A stretch of 64,000 nucleotides of DNA from a bacterium (lineage in GTDB: Bacteria > Patescibacteriota > CPR2 > UBA1875 > JAJYID01). The position numbers and the translations under genes are program-made. Positions within the stretch are counted from its first letter, which is position 1. Each line of letters starts with the position of its first letter. This document shows positions 17,445-29,162 of this stretch, piece after piece. The notes below the pieces were generated by a model, which was given only the letters and a program-made list of their open reading frames with translations, made no database searches and was not told the DNA's origin. The stretch covers positions 305,771 through 369,770 of the forward strand of contig JAUSJO010000002.1 in NCBI GenBank assembly GCA_030647205.1, written 5' to 3'.

Positions 17445-19783
17445 TGAGGATTCCACTAAATTGGCTAAAAGAATATGTTGATGTGAAGATTTCGGTAAAG
17501 GAATTGTCTGATAAATTGACTATGGCCGGGACAGAAAACGAAATTCTTCAAGCGAAGGCGGGGGATTTTGAGGGTATTGTTGTTGGTGAAATTCTGGAGA
17601 TTACAAAACATCCGAATGCTGATAAGCTTCAAATAACAAATACTTTTGTTGGTAAAGAAACTTTGCAGATAGTTTGCGGAGCGCCGAATATAGAAGTCGG
17701 GCAGAAAGTTCCTGTTGCGCTTATTGGGACACAAATCGGTGAGTTTGAGATTAAGGAGGCAGAACTTCGCGGAGTGAAAAGCCATGGCATGTTGTGCAGT
17801 GAGGCAGAACTTGGGATATCGGATGATCACTCGGGGATTATGGTTTTGGACCCTCGTTCCAATGTCGGAGACAGCTTGTCTAATGCTTTAAGCATGGGTA
17901 GTGATAAAATTTTAGAGGCTGAGCTTACCTCTAATCGCGGTGATTGCCTTTCAATGTTTGGTATTGCACGTGAGGTCTCAGTGATAACCGGGCAAAGCTT
18001 AAAGCCACCGGCTATAAATATTAAAGAAACAGGAGAAAAAACATCGGATGTGGTGGCAGTTGAGATAGGAGATAAAGATTTATGTCGGCGGTATGTAGCT
18101 AGGGTTATCAAAAATGTAAAAATTGGGCCTTCGCCAAAATGGATGCAGGACAGACTGTCTTCCTCAGGGGTACGTCCAATAAACAATGTTGTCGATGTAA
18201 CAAACTATGTAATGCTTGAGATGGGGCAGCCTCTACATGCATTTGATGCTGACAAAATATCTGGCAGAAAAATCATTGTAAGGAAAGCAAATAAGGGAGA
18301 AAAGATAAAAACCCTAGATGGGGTTGTACGTGAACTTAATACAAGCGACTTGGTAATAGCTGATACGAGGGAAGCGGTAGCGGTTGCCGGAGTTATGGGT
18401 GGTGCAAATAGTGAAGTTACAGCCGAGACGAAGACAATAGTCCTTGAGTCGGCAAACTTTAATCCGATATCAGTAAGAAAGACTGCTTTTAGGTTAGCTC
18501 TGAGATCAGAAAGTTCTGCAAGGTTTGAGAAGGGTCTACCGCTTGAGTTGGCTAATCAGGCTGCTGATAGGGCGGCATTTTTGCTTACTGAGGTTGCGGA
18601 TGGAGAGGTTCTTTCCGGAAGGGTAGACATTGGTGAAAAAAATGATGAGGAGATAAAAGTTACTTTAAGATTCGATCGAATAAAATCATTTCTTGGAGAA
18701 GACATCTCCCCTGATAAAGTAGCTAGTATTCTGGAGAGTTTGGGTATTAAAACTCTATCTAAAAATAAAGAGAAAGCTGAATTTTTGGTTCCGTATTGGC
18801 GGCTTGATATCTCAATTGAGGAAGATTTGCTTGAGGAAGTTGCACGCATTTATGGATATGAAAATATACCAAGCACCTTGCCGGAAGGTAAGCTGCCACT
18901 ATTTGAGAAAAATGAGAAAGTCGAGACTTCAAAGAAGATAAGAGAGGTTTTAACAGCGCTCGGGTTTTTCGAAATATATTCGTATTCATTCACGAGCAAG
19001 GAAAAAGCGGCTCTCTACAGAGAAGGCGCCGATCTTGTCAGGATTGCAAATCCTTTAAGCCAGGATCAGGAGTATATGAGGGCTGATCTTCTGGGGAGCA
19101 TGATTGATATTGTTCCCAAGAACCAAGACTATAGGACAGGTAAAATGCAGGGTCTGTATGAAATAGCCAGTGTATATTCAAAAAAGAGTGAAAAGACGAA
19201 ACTAAGCGGACTTATATACGGCGGAGGAAAGGATACTGGCTTTAGGTATATAAAAGGTACAACAGATATACTTTTTAACAAACTTGGCATAAAAAATGTT
19301 ATTTACAAAGAGGACAAATCAACTAATGCTAAGATTTTTGCTGGCCAAAAAGAAATTGGTTATTTTGTGATCTTAGATAATGCAGACATAAAGCGTTTTA
19401 AGGTAAAATCAAAGGGTGCCTGTTTTTTTGAGCTTGACTTGGATATGCTGTCAGAGCTTACTGGGCAAAATAAATTCCAAAGTATTCCCAGATTTCCGGG
19501 ATCGGAAAGAGATTTGACCTTTGTTATCAAAGAAAAGGTGACAGTTGAAGAAATATATGAGATCATTGGTGGAATAAAGTCAGATATTAGGGCAAAGGCC
19601 GAGGTTATCGATATTTATCGCGGTAAAGGTTTGCCTGAGGGTAGGAAAAGTGTTTCGATACGTTTTGTATACCAGTCTAGCCAACGAACACTTACTGATG
19701 AAGAGGTTGATGATGATCAAACAACAATTATTAAAGAAGTTAAGGGCACACTTGGAGGGATTTTGAGAGGTGAAGGAAACTAA
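17444..19783 (+). CDS. pheT: Phenylalanine--tRNA ligase beta subunit
   Basis: [58 protein letters not shown]. Confidence 0.99.
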   Translation: MRIPLNWLKEYVDVKISVKELSDKLTMAGTENEILQAKAGDFEGIVVGEILEITKHPNADKLQITNTFVGKETLQIVCGAPNIEVGQKVPVALIGTQIGEFEIKEAELRGVKSHGMLCSEAELGISDDHSGIMVLDPRSNVGDSLSNALSMGSDKILEAELTSNRGDCLSMFGIAREVSVITGQSLKPPAINIKETGEKTSDVVAVEIGDKDLCRRYVARVIKNVKIGPSPKWMQDRLSSSGVRPINNVVDVTNYVMLEMGQPLHAFDADKISGRKIIVRKANKGEKIKTLDGVVRELNTSDLVIADTREAVAVAGVMGGANSEVTAETKTIVLESANFNPISVRKTAFRLALRSESSARFEKGLPLELANQAADRAAFLLTEVADGEVLSGRVDIGEKNDEEIKVTLRFDRIKSFLGEDISPDKVASILESLGIKTLSKNKEKAEFLVPYWRLDISIEEDLLEEVARIYGYENIPSTLPEGKLPLFEKNEKVETSKKIREVLTALGFFEIYSYSFTSKEKAALYREGADLVRIANPLSQDQEYMRADLLGSMIDIVPKNQDYRTGKMQGLYEIASVYSKKSEKTKLSGLIYGGGKDTGFRYIKGTTDILFNKLGIKNVIYKEDKSTNAKIFAGQKEIGYFVILDNADIKRFKVKSKGACFFELDLDMLSELTGQNKFQSIPRFPGSERDLTFVIKEKVTVEEIYEIIGGIKSDIRAKAEVIDIYRGKGLPEGRKSVSIRFVYQSSQRTLTDEEVDDDQTTIIKEVKGTLGGILRGEGN

Positions 19784-21419
19784 AGCAGCCAGAGTAGACT
19801 CTATTACAAGAAAAAATCCTTTTTCTTTTGTTAAGAGCAAGGCAAGTTCAGTGAGTCTTAAAAAAGAAGAGTCTAAAAAAGATGCTCCAAAAAATGAGCC
19901 GTTAAAACGCGCTGTGAAAAATGAAAAAAAGAAAAAATTTAAATTTCTCGAGTTCAAAAAGACACGGCTCTTTTCTTGGCATGGCTCCCTTACTATTTTG
20001 ATTCTTTTGCCAATATTCCTTTTTGGTGTAGTTTCGTATTTATACCAGACTCATAATGAGGGGAAGATCTATAGTGGGGTAACAACTTTTGGTATAGATG
20101 TCGGTGGGAAAACAAAAGAAGATGCAGCGAAGTTAATAGATAATAAAATTGCAAGTTATCAGCTTACGATTGAGGGAGAAAATCAGAAGTTTGAAGCAGG
20201 ATATGGCGATCTTGGTATAAATTACGACAAGGAAACAATTCTAAACGCGGCCTACGACTATGGTCGTGATGAAAGTCTTTTGAACAATTTTATTAACCGG
20301 GGAAAAAGATTTTTTTCACAGTATGAGATAAGTGTTGGTTCAAAAAAATATTCTTTTAAAAAATATGATGTACATTTGGTTTATAACATTGATGGGGCTA
20401 AACTTGATAAATATTTGGCAGACCTTGAAACTAAAATCAATGTTGATGCAAAAGACTCCCAGATTACAAACAGCGGAAGTTCTGTACAGATAACACCGGC
20501 AGTATTCGGAAGAAAAATGAAGACAGCCGAGCTAAGGCAGCAAATCCTAAATGTTACGACTCAGTTTGACGCTGAGCCTCTAAAAATACAGACCGATGTA
20601 GCTAACCCAACTATTTTAGACGAGAAAACCAAGGTTTTGGCGGATCAGGCGGATAAGATTACTTCAAAAAGCGTTACAGTTACTTTCAATGATAAAAAAT
20701 ATTCGCCGACAAAGAGTGTGCTTGTATCTTGGGTTACGTTTACGAGGGACAACGATAAAGCAGATTGGAGGATGCTGATAGATACCAAGAGAATGTATCC
20801 TTATTTTGACTCAATCGGCAAGGAGATCAATGTATATTCAGTACCTAAAAAGATAAGGGTGGAAAATGAAACTAAAGAGGTAGTGACTCAGGATGGTAAA
20901 AACGGCTTGATTATTGATAAGTATGCTTTCGGGAGTCAGCTTGCATCAAAACTTCAGACAGATGCGCAAGTCAACATGGCCATACCAATGAAGGTTGATG
21001 TATTTCAGACCCAGATAGACCGTGTGGTTGTCGCAAACTGGGATAAGTATATTGATGTCAATATTTCAACACAACACATGGAAGCTTACACAAAAGGTGG
21101 TGTCAAAGTCGGCAGCTGGGCTATAACTAGTGGCAAAAATGGCTTGAGTACTCCTATCGGTAGTTTCTTGATACAAAGAAAAGCATACAACGTATGTATG
21201 CCAAATCCACCAAGCACTCAACCACTATGCGGTATTCATTATGTTAGCTACTTTACCGGAGCGGGTCATGCAATACATCAAGCATGGTGGAGAAGTTACT
21301 TTGGCGGACAGGACTATAAATGGAACGGATCCCATGGGTGTATAAATGCTCCTCTTTCTGTAGCTCAGTTCATTTATAACTGGGCGCCCATTGGGACACC
21401 TGTAACTACCCATTACTAG
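19770..21419 (+). CDS. Membrane-anchored L,D-transpeptidase with peptidoglycan-binding (VanW/YoaR-type) domains
   Basis: TM helix; [15 protein letters not shown]; C-terminal YkuD domain [22 protein letters not shown]. Confidence 0.9.
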   Translation: MKETKAARVDSITRKNPFSFVKSKASSVSLKKEESKKDAPKNEPLKRAVKNEKKKKFKFLEFKKTRLFSWHGSLTILILLPIFLFGVVSYLYQTHNEGKIYSGVTTFGIDVGGKTKEDAAKLIDNKIASYQLTIEGENQKFEAGYGDLGINYDKETILNAAYDYGRDESLLNNFINRGKRFFSQYEISVGSKKYSFKKYDVHLVYNIDGAKLDKYLADLETKINVDAKDSQITNSGSSVQITPAVFGRKMKTAELRQQILNVTTQFDAEPLKIQTDVANPTILDEKTKVLADQADKITSKSVTVTFNDKKYSPTKSVLVSWVTFTRDNDKADWRMLIDTKRMYPYFDSIGKEINVYSVPKKIRVENETKEVVTQDGKNGLIIDKYAFGSQLASKLQTDAQVNMAIPMKVDVFQTQIDRVVVANWDKYIDVNISTQHMEAYTKGGVKVGSWAITSGKNGLSTPIGSFLIQRKAYNVCMPNPPSTQPLCGIHYVSYFTGAGHAIHQAWWRSYFGGQDYKWNGSHGCINAPLSVAQFIYNWAPIGTPVTTHY

Positions 21420-21580
21420 AAAAGTTTCATATGTTGACGAGCTGATGATTCCTTGGAGAAACTGAGTAATTTTTTTATTCATTACTATCTCCAGAAAACT
21501 CTTGCCGTTGAGGCAGAATTTCCCTATTATAGTAGTAATGTTTTAGCTTTAAACCTAAAGAATAATTTTTCGGGGGGCGA

Positions 21581-24500
21581 TTGAAGTATAAAGAACGTAA
21601 GGTAAAGAGCACGAAAAGTAAGATTATAGCATACATAGCAAGGTGTTCGGCTTTTGTATGTAAAAATACTGAGCAGTCTTGTAGTTTAGCTAAGCACTCA
21701 TGGCTATGCCGTGAAAAGAAGGTAGTAGTCTTCCCTATTAGGGAGTTACTTAAGGTATTTTATTTCTTAAAAAATATATTTGTTCTCCTGCGTCTTGTTT
21801 ACTATGAACTGCTTTATTTCGCACACTTAAGGGTTAGATTCTTACATGATCAGATGTATCAAGGTAATAAGACCTATAAAAAAGTAAATGATTTTAAGTA
21901 TACAAGGCCTATTCGCAAGGCAACAATCCTGGGGTTTGTTATATCGTTTTTCATTTTTCAGGTTATGGGAAGTCTCTGGCCGGAGATTTTTAACCCCGCC
22001 CACCCCAAGGTAGCAGAAGGCGGAAGCAACACTGTTACTTGGACGACAGATGCTGACTTTAACGCAGGCACTACTAAAAGCGGTGTTAAGGTTCAGAGTG
22101 ACAGTGTGACGCTAAATGATCCTGATATTATCCCTGAAGTAAAAGCGTCTGGGAATGACCTCTATGCCGTTCGCTTTTTGGATACTAATAATGGATACGC
22201 AGTTGGAATGAGCGGCCTTCTTTTAAAAACTATAGATGGCGGTGTCAACTGGTCAACAAAAAACCCGGGAACTAGTAATAATTTAAATGAAATTTATATA
22301 GTAGATGCTAACATATCTTATGTGGTGGGAGATGGCGGTGTCATTAGGAAAACGACAGACAGCGGAACGACATGGGCCACTCAAACTTCCGGAACAACAA
22401 ATAACTTAAATGGCGTTTACTTTACAGACGCAAACACCGGTTATGTGGTTGGAGATTCTGGAACAATCAAAAAAACCACAGATGGGGGTACAAACTGGGT
22501 TGCCCAGACTTCAGGGACAACCTATGCCTTTGAGGATATCTTTTTTGTCGGTGGTAGTACAGGATATGCTGCCGGATCAAACGGGTCTATATATAAAACT
22601 TTAGACGGAGGCACAAACTGGGTTATCCAGGCTACAGCAGCCGGTACTTCTTATAATTCAATATACTTCACAGACGCAAATACGGGTTATGCACCAGGTA
22701 ATATTGTTCTTAAAAAAACCACAGACGGAGGCACAAACTGGACCACCAACTACTCACTTAGCGGGAACACATGGTATGGGGTACACTTTGCTGACGCAAA
22801 TACTGGTTACGTGAGTGGTTCTAGTGGCAAGGTAAGAAAAACTATAAATTCGGGTACAAGCTGGACAGATCAGACTACGGGGTTTGGAGCGGGTAATGTT
22901 TATGACATTTACTTTACAGATGCTAATAACGGTTATGCAGTCGGGGCTAGCGGCAAGATTATAAAAACCACGAATGGCGGTGCAAACTGGACTTTGAAAA
23001 CTTTGAGTGTGACAGGTAACAACCTAAATAGTACTTACTTCACAGACTCAAATACCGGCTATGCAGTAGGGAACTCGGGCACTATCTTAAAAACTACAAA
23101 TGGTAGCGCGAGTTGGTCGGCCCTAACGTCTGGGACGTCAAGCGTCTTAAATGGTGTTTACTTTACGGATAACAATACTGGATACGCGGTTGGTGCAAGT
23201 GGTCTTATAAGGAAAACCACAGATGGGGGAGCGAACTGGGTTGCCCAGACTTCAGGGACAACCTATGCCTTATATGGCATACATTTTACAGATGCAAGTA
23301 CCGGGTATACAACGGGGGATAATGGGACGATATTAAAAACCACAGATGGGGGAGCGAACTGGGTTGCCCAGACTTCAGGGACGACGGGCTATTTTAGGGA
23401 CGTTTACTTCACAGATGCTAACACCGGCTTTCTTGCAGGAAGATACGGTATATACAAGACCACAAATGGGGGCACAAACTGGTCTTCAGTCTCTGGCTCT
23501 GATATCTATTTAAACAGCATGTATTTTACAGATGCAAATACCGGATATGCAGTCGGTAACAGTGGGACAATCATAAAAACCACAAATGGTGGTGCAAACT
23601 GGGCTGCCCAGACCTCAGGGACGACAAATCAGTTAAATAGTACTCATTTTACAAGTGCTAGCACTGGTTACATAGTTGGTGTTAACGGTACTATTCTTGA
23701 GACAAATGATGGGGGCACAAACTGGTCGTTGACGTCTGTGGGTACGTCTTTAAGTAGCGTTTATTTTACAGATGCTAACACCGGTTATGCAGTTGGTAGT
23801 ACTGGGTTTATTTTGAAGTTTTATCCTCAATATGCTACTTCGGGGGATATCTCTGGACTTAAGGTAGATGCAGGAGAAGGGGCAAAGGCGAACTGGTCTA
23901 GTATCACCAATAGCTCAACACTACTATCTAATACGTCAGTAAGTTTTCAGACAAGAGGCTCAGACGATAACTCTACTTGGTCCGGGTGGCAATCTCTAAG
24001 CGGTGAGACGATCCAAACTGCGGAGTATAGATATTTAGAAGTCAAAGCAACTTTGTCAACTTCTGACGGGCTACACACCCCATCGCTTAATGATCTTACG
24101 GTTACTTATGACAATCTCGAAGCCCCAGTAAATAGTAATATCACTTTAACAAAAACTGATGGTACGGCACTTAAAACAAGTGCGGGGGATGACCTGGCTG
24201 GCGGTGTAGCCGGAGGCTGGACAAATGCAACCACTGTTAGGTTAACGGCAACCGGCTTAACATGTGGGCAAGGAACTCCTGAAAATCCGACCTGTGGTTC
24301 AAGCTCGACAAACAGAAGACCTGAGGTTGAAATCAAAGAAATGGGAACTGTTTTTGATGGGGCTGTAACATATGAGGCAGTTAGTGGTAATAGCTATGTG
24401 GATGTGGCCTTGCCGGGGATTCCAGTCACAGGACAAGAATATCATATACGTGCAAGGAGTATTGACGATGAGGGCAAAGCGTCTGGATGGACTCAATATG

Positions 24501-27500
24501 CTAGCGATACTGCGGCTATTACGTATGATAATACTCCCGCAGGAGTATTTAATATCTCTACGCCCGCAGATAATAACTGGGGGACGGCAAGACCTACCTT
24601 TACTTGGGCTAGCACCTCTGATGCTAACTCTGGTATCAATAAATACCAGCTATACATAGATGGCGCACTAGATACCGACAATATTTCGGCGGTAGCCACT
24701 TCAGTTCAGGCAACAAACTCACTTATTGATGGAAGTCATACTTGGTATGTAAAGGCTGTCGATAATGCCGGTAATGCAAGGCAATCAACCAGTACATTTA
24801 CAGTCAATATAGACACTAGTGCACCGACATCATTCAACTTATCGACCCCGGCGAACAATTCATGGACAAACAACACTGGACCCACCCTGACATGGACAGC
24901 TTCTTCTGACCCGCATTCGGTCTTAGCAAAATACCAACTATATATCAACGGTAGCTTAAATAGAGACAACATTTCTTCAGTTGCTACCTCAACTACACCA
25001 ACAGGGTCTCAAACAGGAACATACTCATGGTATATAAAAGCAATAAATAATGCCGGCGGTGAGACAAATTCGGCGACCTATACTATCAACTATGACAACG
25101 CAGCCACATTCCCGTCACCTTTTGTAGCCAGCAGCAATGATGCGGAAAAGGTAGTCGTCTCATGGTCAGATCAAAATACAGGCGCTCCGACTGATACGTT
25201 CACAGTTCACAGGGTTAAGAAGTCAGAGTATGATAGTAACTCTTGGACAAAGGACAGTGATTGGAGTACAGGAACGGATTATGGCGTCTTTACAATTGCA
25301 GGAGGGGTTGGCGTCCTAAATGACAGTTCTCTTGGAGCGGTTCAAGGTCAGCCAATCATCTCTCAGTCGGTAAATTATGTCTACAAAATAAAATCAACGG
25401 ATACAGCTGGTAACGCATCCGGTTGGTCCAGCGTTGTTATCGGAAGAACAACCGATACAGCCGATCCTCAGGATCCATCTACCGTGACAGCAGTTGCTTG
25501 TGACGGAACGGCTCCGAACTGTTCAAACATTCTCAATAAGGGCTATGAAATCAAGCTGGCTTGGGCGGCCTCCAATGATTTTGGTTCAGGAGTGACCGGT
25601 TATAAAGTTTATAGAAATACGGCAAACTCTACAGATCCAAGTACATTTGCACTGGTCGGATATCTCGATGTACCAACACCGGGGGCTCCTGTTAGTACTG
25701 TCTACTATGATAATGACGCAAACAATGATAAACACGATTTCACTGACACTATAAATGAACAACAGGTAAGTATAAAAGCTGCCGCAACAGGGAGATTAAA
25801 TGATTACGTTAACTACTATTATAGGATAGTGGCGGTGGACGCTGTAGGAAACGAGACCAACATTATTACAACTGAAGGGCTAGGGTTACCAAACTACACT
25901 AACTATGCCACCGCAAGGACCCCTGACGTAACTTCTCCTTCGACCCCTCAGAATGTAGTTGTTACGCCTATGGGCCTTGACTCATCTGGTGGCGCTCAGC
26001 GAGTTGATGTTACCTGGAGTACTTCAACTGATATTACCAGTAGAAACGCAGGAGCAAGCGGTTCCGGGATTGCCGGATATAAAGTGATGCAATGTCAGGG
26101 TGACGGCACATTCTGTACTGATGATGGTAACTATAGTCAAATTGGTACAACATCCTCGACTAACTACACGAAAGAAGGCCTTGGAGAGTTCACTTGGTAT
26201 TACTATAAAATTATTGCTGTAGACAAGGCATCGTCAGCAACTATAACAGATACTTCTAATAACAGTTCAGCAAGAAGCTCATCGGCCTCAGTAAAAACAG
26301 CTTCAAATACAGTGCCAACGGTACCACTTTCCGTGAATGTAACGACAAAAACCGGTGATCCAAATACAGATAGCGATGTTGGTCATCAAAATACTGTTAC
26401 ATTTAACGGGTCATATGCCAAAAACTGTGCCGGTGGTGAACGCTGTGTTACGGGATACGAGATTTATCGCTCTACTGATAACTTTGCTTCAAGTTCGTTA
26501 AAAATTGCAGACGTTTCTATAGGTGCAGTTGGGGATGAAAGGAGTGTCACTTATACCTATATAGATAATAACTCGACGAACGATGCAACGGCGCCATCGA
26601 TTTCCAGAAGTTCAGGCGGAACTCCAGCTTTGAGTAAAGCACAAACCGCTCATTTGGTTGATGCAGCGACATATTATTATAAAGTGAAATCAAAAGACAA
26701 CACTCCAACAGTTCCCGACGGAGGACCATTTACTTCAGGCATGTCTTCGGTGGCTGTCGGTACTCTTCATGCTGGTTGGGATACAACCCCAGATGCAACA
26801 GATCCAGATGTCCCCCAAAGTGTAGCTGTAAAAAATATTCATCCAAATGACTCAATGGTTAGAAATATTATCACATGGACAATGATTCCGGATTCTACCA
26901 GAAACGGAACAAGTGACTTCTCAAAGTACCAGATCTATCGTTATGAGGTTCTGTTGGGCAGTGGTACGGCGACACTTATTGCAGAGAAAACTGATCGGGG
27001 AGATAACTATCATGTTGACGGGATTACAAACGGCCAAAAGGATAAAGATTATGCATATTATGTTGTAGCGGTAGACAATGCAGGGACAGACTTCAAATAT
27101 GCAAACGGGCAAATCATAAATCCTACATCCAACACGAGCAGCCATATAGCAACAGTTTCGATAAATCCTGGGGCAGTGAATCCTAGCGTATCAGGCACTA
27201 CAGTTGCGAGCACGGGCGTATCATCTGCTACTATAAACTGGTCTACGAACCAAGAGACAGATTCATTGGTAGAGTATAAGGTAAAAGATTCAAATGATGT
27301 GATTGCGGCAGGGAAAGACAGAACCCAACCGACAACAAGCCATTCTGTCTCCCTAGGAAACTTGAGCAAAGGTGTTGCTTACCAATATAGGATTGTCAGC
27401 CGTAACTCACTTGGTAATATTGATGAGTCTGCCGCAAATACATGGAAAGAGTTCTCAACCCAGGATTTTTATATATCAGATAATACTGTTTTGACCACTA

Positions 27501-28726
27501 CATCTACGGCGACTATAAGTTGGAACACAAACATCGACTCTGACTCATATGTGGAGTATAAACCGGAAGGATCATCAGAAAAGTATGAGGTTGCCGGTGA
27601 TGCTGTTCCGACGAAAAACCACGAGGTAACACTTAAGGGTTTGGTGCCGAACAGTCATTATACATATAATCTTCGTTCCGTCACTTCTGATAAATATATT
27701 GTTACAAAAAATCTCGATACCTTTAAAACCCGCGACAACGATCTCGATAAATTCAGAATTACACCGGGGGAAACCAATGTTTCGGAACAAAATATTACGG
27801 CGACTACAACTCAGATTACATGGACCACAACGGTTGCGACTACTTCATGGGTTGAGTATGGAACTGAGGTTGGAGTTTACTCGATGAGCGCCGGTGATAA
27901 TGATTTAAATACCCTGCATGCTGTTAAACTCACAAACTTGAGGCCAGGGACAAAGTACTTCTATAGAGTAAGGGGCAAAGATGAAAATGGTGTTGAACTC
28001 TTCTCGCCGGAATCATCATTTACTGCTATACTTATGCCCGAGATTTCAAACCTCAAAGTTAGAGACTTTAGCCCGTATACAGCAACGATTACATTTGATA
28101 CAAACGTTGAAACAGTTGTATCACTAAACTACGGCAAAGACACTAGCTATGGGTCAAGCGTGACTGTCGCAAAAGCGGAGAAAAATCACGTCATTACTCT
28201 TAAAGAACTTGACGATAACGCAACATATCATTTCCAGGCGTCTGCTACGGATCAGTTCAAAAACAATATTAAGTCTTCCGATATGATATTCTCAACCCCG
28301 CTTGATACCCAAGGACCGGAGGTGTCGGAGCTCAAAGTTGATGTTTTGCCTGTTTCTGACGCATCAGAGACAGCATCGGTTATCATTTCCTGGACAACAG
28401 ATAAGCCTGCAACAACGCAGGTGGAGTACGATGACAAGGGTGGCGGGGAAAAATATGAAAACCACACTATAGAAAACGCTACCTTAAATACGTCTCATAC
28501 GGTTTTGATCAAAGACCTAAATACATCGGCTAACTATAGATTTAGGATTATATCTAAGGATAAGAGAAATAATCTGACCAAAACGAAAGCTTCAAACTTT
28601 ATCACCCCGACAAAAGAAAAGTCACTGCTTCAGATAATTATAAAATCATTCGAAGATACATTTTCTTGGACAAAGAATGTTCCGCAGTTTTTTGGTAAAA
28701 TAGGAAATCGGCTAATGGGTCAATAG
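21581..28726 (+). CDS. Giant (~2380 aa) membrane-anchored surface protein: YCF48/BNR-like beta-propellers + Ig/Fn3 + purple-acid-phosphatase-N-like Fn3 repeats; start uncertain
   Basis: Basic N-terminus + TM helix; 14 repeats of YFTD.NTGYAVG..G.I.KTTDGG.NW; many AVDxAGN and W.T....S.VEYG....H.V.L..L Fn3-like units. Confidence 0.9.
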   Translation: MKYKERKVKSTKSKIIAYIARCSAFVCKNTEQSCSLAKHSWLCREKKVVVFPIRELLKVFYFLKNIFVLLRLVYYELLYFAHLRVRFLHDQMYQGNKTYKKVNDFKYTRPIRKATILGFVISFFIFQVMGSLWPEIFNPAHPKVAEGGSNTVTWTTDADFNAGTTKSGVKVQSDSVTLNDPDIIPEVKASGNDLYAVRFLDTNNGYAVGMSGLLLKTIDGGVNWSTKNPGTSNNLNEIYIVDANISYVVGDGGVIRKTTDSGTTWATQTSGTTNNLNGVYFTDANTGYVVGDSGTIKKTTDGGTNWVAQTSGTTYAFEDIFFVGGSTGYAAGSNGSIYKTLDGGTNWVIQATAAGTSYNSIYFTDANTGYAPGNIVLKKTTDGGTNWTTNYSLSGNTWYGVHFADANTGYVSGSSGKVRKTINSGTSWTDQTTGFGAGNVYDIYFTDANNGYAVGASGKIIKTTNGGANWTLKTLSVTGNNLNSTYFTDSNTGYAVGNSGTILKTTNGSASWSALTSGTSSVLNGVYFTDNNTGYAVGASGLIRKTTDGGANWVAQTSGTTYALYGIHFTDASTGYTTGDNGTILKTTDGGANWVAQTSGTTGYFRDVYFTDANTGFLAGRYGIYKTTNGGTNWSSVSGSDIYLNSMYFTDANTGYAVGNSGTIIKTTNGGANWAAQTSGTTNQLNSTHFTSASTGYIVGVNGTILETNDGGTNWSLTSVGTSLSSVYFTDANTGYAVGSTGFILKFYPQYATSGDISGLKVDAGEGAKANWSSITNSSTLLSNTSVSFQTRGSDDNSTWSGWQSLSGETIQTAEYRYLEVKATLSTSDGLHTPSLNDLTVTYDNLEAPVNSNITLTKTDGTALKTSAGDDLAGGVAGGWTNATTVRLTATGLTCGQGTPENPTCGSSSTNRRPEVEIKEMGTVFDGAVTYEAVSGNSYVDVALPGIPVTGQEYHIRARSIDDEGKASGWTQYASDTAAITYDNTPAGVFNISTPADNNWGTARPTFTWASTSDANSGINKYQLYIDGALDTDNISAVATSVQATNSLIDGSHTWYVKAVDNAGNARQSTSTFTVNIDTSAPTSFNLSTPANNSWTNNTGPTLTWTASSDPHSVLAKYQLYINGSLNRDNISSVATSTTPTGSQTGTYSWYIKAINNAGGETNSATYTINYDNAATFPSPFVASSNDAEKVVVSWSDQNTGAPTDTFTVHRVKKSEYDSNSWTKDSDWSTGTDYGVFTIAGGVGVLNDSSLGAVQGQPIISQSVNYVYKIKSTDTAGNASGWSSVVIGRTTDTADPQDPSTVTAVACDGTAPNCSNILNKGYEIKLAWAASNDFGSGVTGYKVYRNTANSTDPSTFALVGYLDVPTPGAPVSTVYYDNDANNDKHDFTDTINEQQVSIKAAATGRLNDYVNYYYRIVAVDAVGNETNIITTEGLGLPNYTNYATARTPDVTSPSTPQNVVVTPMGLDSSGGAQRVDVTWSTSTDITSRNAGASGSGIAGYKVMQCQGDGTFCTDDGNYSQIGTTSSTNYTKEGLGEFTWYYYKIIAVDKASSATITDTSNNSSARSSSASVKTASNTVPTVPLSVNVTTKTGDPNTDSDVGHQNTVTFNGSYAKNCAGGERCVTGYEIYRSTDNFASSSLKIADVSIGAVGDERSVTYTYIDNNSTNDATAPSISRSSGGTPALSKAQTAHLVDAATYYYKVKSKDNTPTVPDGGPFTSGMSSVAVGTLHAGWDTTPDATDPDVPQSVAVKNIHPNDSMVRNIITWTMIPDSTRNGTSDFSKYQIYRYEVLLGSGTATLIAEKTDRGDNYHVDGITNGQKDKDYAYYVVAVDNAGTDFKYANGQIINPTSNTSSHIATVSINPGAVNPSVSGTTVASTGVSSATINWSTNQETDSLVEYKVKDSNDVIAAGKDRTQPTTSHSVSLGNLSKGVAYQYRIVSRNSLGNIDESAANTWKEFSTQDFYISDNTVLTTTSTATISWNTNIDSDSYVEYKPEGSSEKYEVAGDAVPTKNHEVTLKGLVPNSHYTYNLRSVTSDKYIVTKNLDTFKTRDNDLDKFRITPGETNVSEQNITATTTQITWTTTVATTSWVEYGTEVGVYSMSAGDNDLNTLHAVKLTNLRPGTKYFYRVRGKDENGVELFSPESSFTAILMPEISNLKVRDFSPYTATITFDTNVETVVSLNYGKDTSYGSSVTVAKAEKNHVITLKELDDNATYHFQASATDQFKNNIKSSDMIFSTPLDTQGPEVSELKVDVLPVSDASETASVIISWTTDKPATTQVEYDDKGGGEKYENHTIENATLNTSHTVLIKDLNTSANYRFRIISKDKRNNLTKTKASNFITPTKEKSLLQIIIKSFEDTFSWTKNVPQFFGKIGNRLMGQ
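22160..23820 (+). repeat. 14 tandem ~41-aa intragenic beta-propeller blade repeats
   Basis: Counted 14 units; near-identical DNA copies e.g. AAAACCACAGATGGGGG..AACTGGGTTGCCCAGACTTCAGGGAC at ~22472, ~23213 and ~23336. Confidence 0.9.
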
Positions 28727-28771
28727 ACAGTTGTGGCATTTAGTCAGTAATTAGGTTAAAAGGAGATCAAA

Positions 28772-29161
28772 ATGAGTCAAGCAGATAACATACAAGCGCC
28801 TATACCGGAAAGTAAGGAGCAAGTAACAAACAGCCAGGGAGAGATCAAAGAAGCGGCTTTACCAGAAACAGGGTCTCAAAAAATGGGTGAGCCTGTCCCA
28901 GGGACTACGAAAAGCGATAATACAATACCCGCTACTATTTCTAAAGTTTTGGAACCGGATGCAAAAACTCCCGCGGTTCAGCCAGCTTCCGGTACTGCGC
29001 CGGCTTCCGCACAAAGGCCTTCCAGTGAGCCATATATTAAAGCAGCAGAAGATATCATACAAAAAGATAAGGGCGATCCGCATAAAGAGGAAGACGATCA
29101 CGAAGTTATACAGATGCAGTATCTAAGCAACCGTTTTGGTAAAAATATAAAAAAGAAATAA
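28772..29161 (+). CDS. Hypothetical protein, disordered N-terminus, conserved-looking C-terminus (DPH..ED....Y...RFGK)
   Basis: AAGGAG SD; directly upstream of the coupling-protein gene. Confidence 0.7.
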   Translation: MSQADNIQAPIPESKEQVTNSQGEIKEAALPETGSQKMGEPVPGTTKSDNTIPATISKVLEPDAKTPAVQPASGTAPASAQRPSSEPYIKAAEDIIQKDKGDPHKEEDDHEVIQMQYLSNRFGKNIKKK

Positions 29162-29162
29162 T

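Noticed and set aside
22160-23820. Regular ~123-nt repeats as a possible CRISPR array or DGR
   Set aside because: They are in-frame, codon-degenerate protein repeats; no cas or reverse transcriptase genes are present
9247-28611. tRNA-Pro as an island attachment site (TCACCCCGAC recurs at ~28602)
   Set aside because: Only a 10-nt match inside a coding region, core genes (pheST) lie between the copies, and there is no integrase
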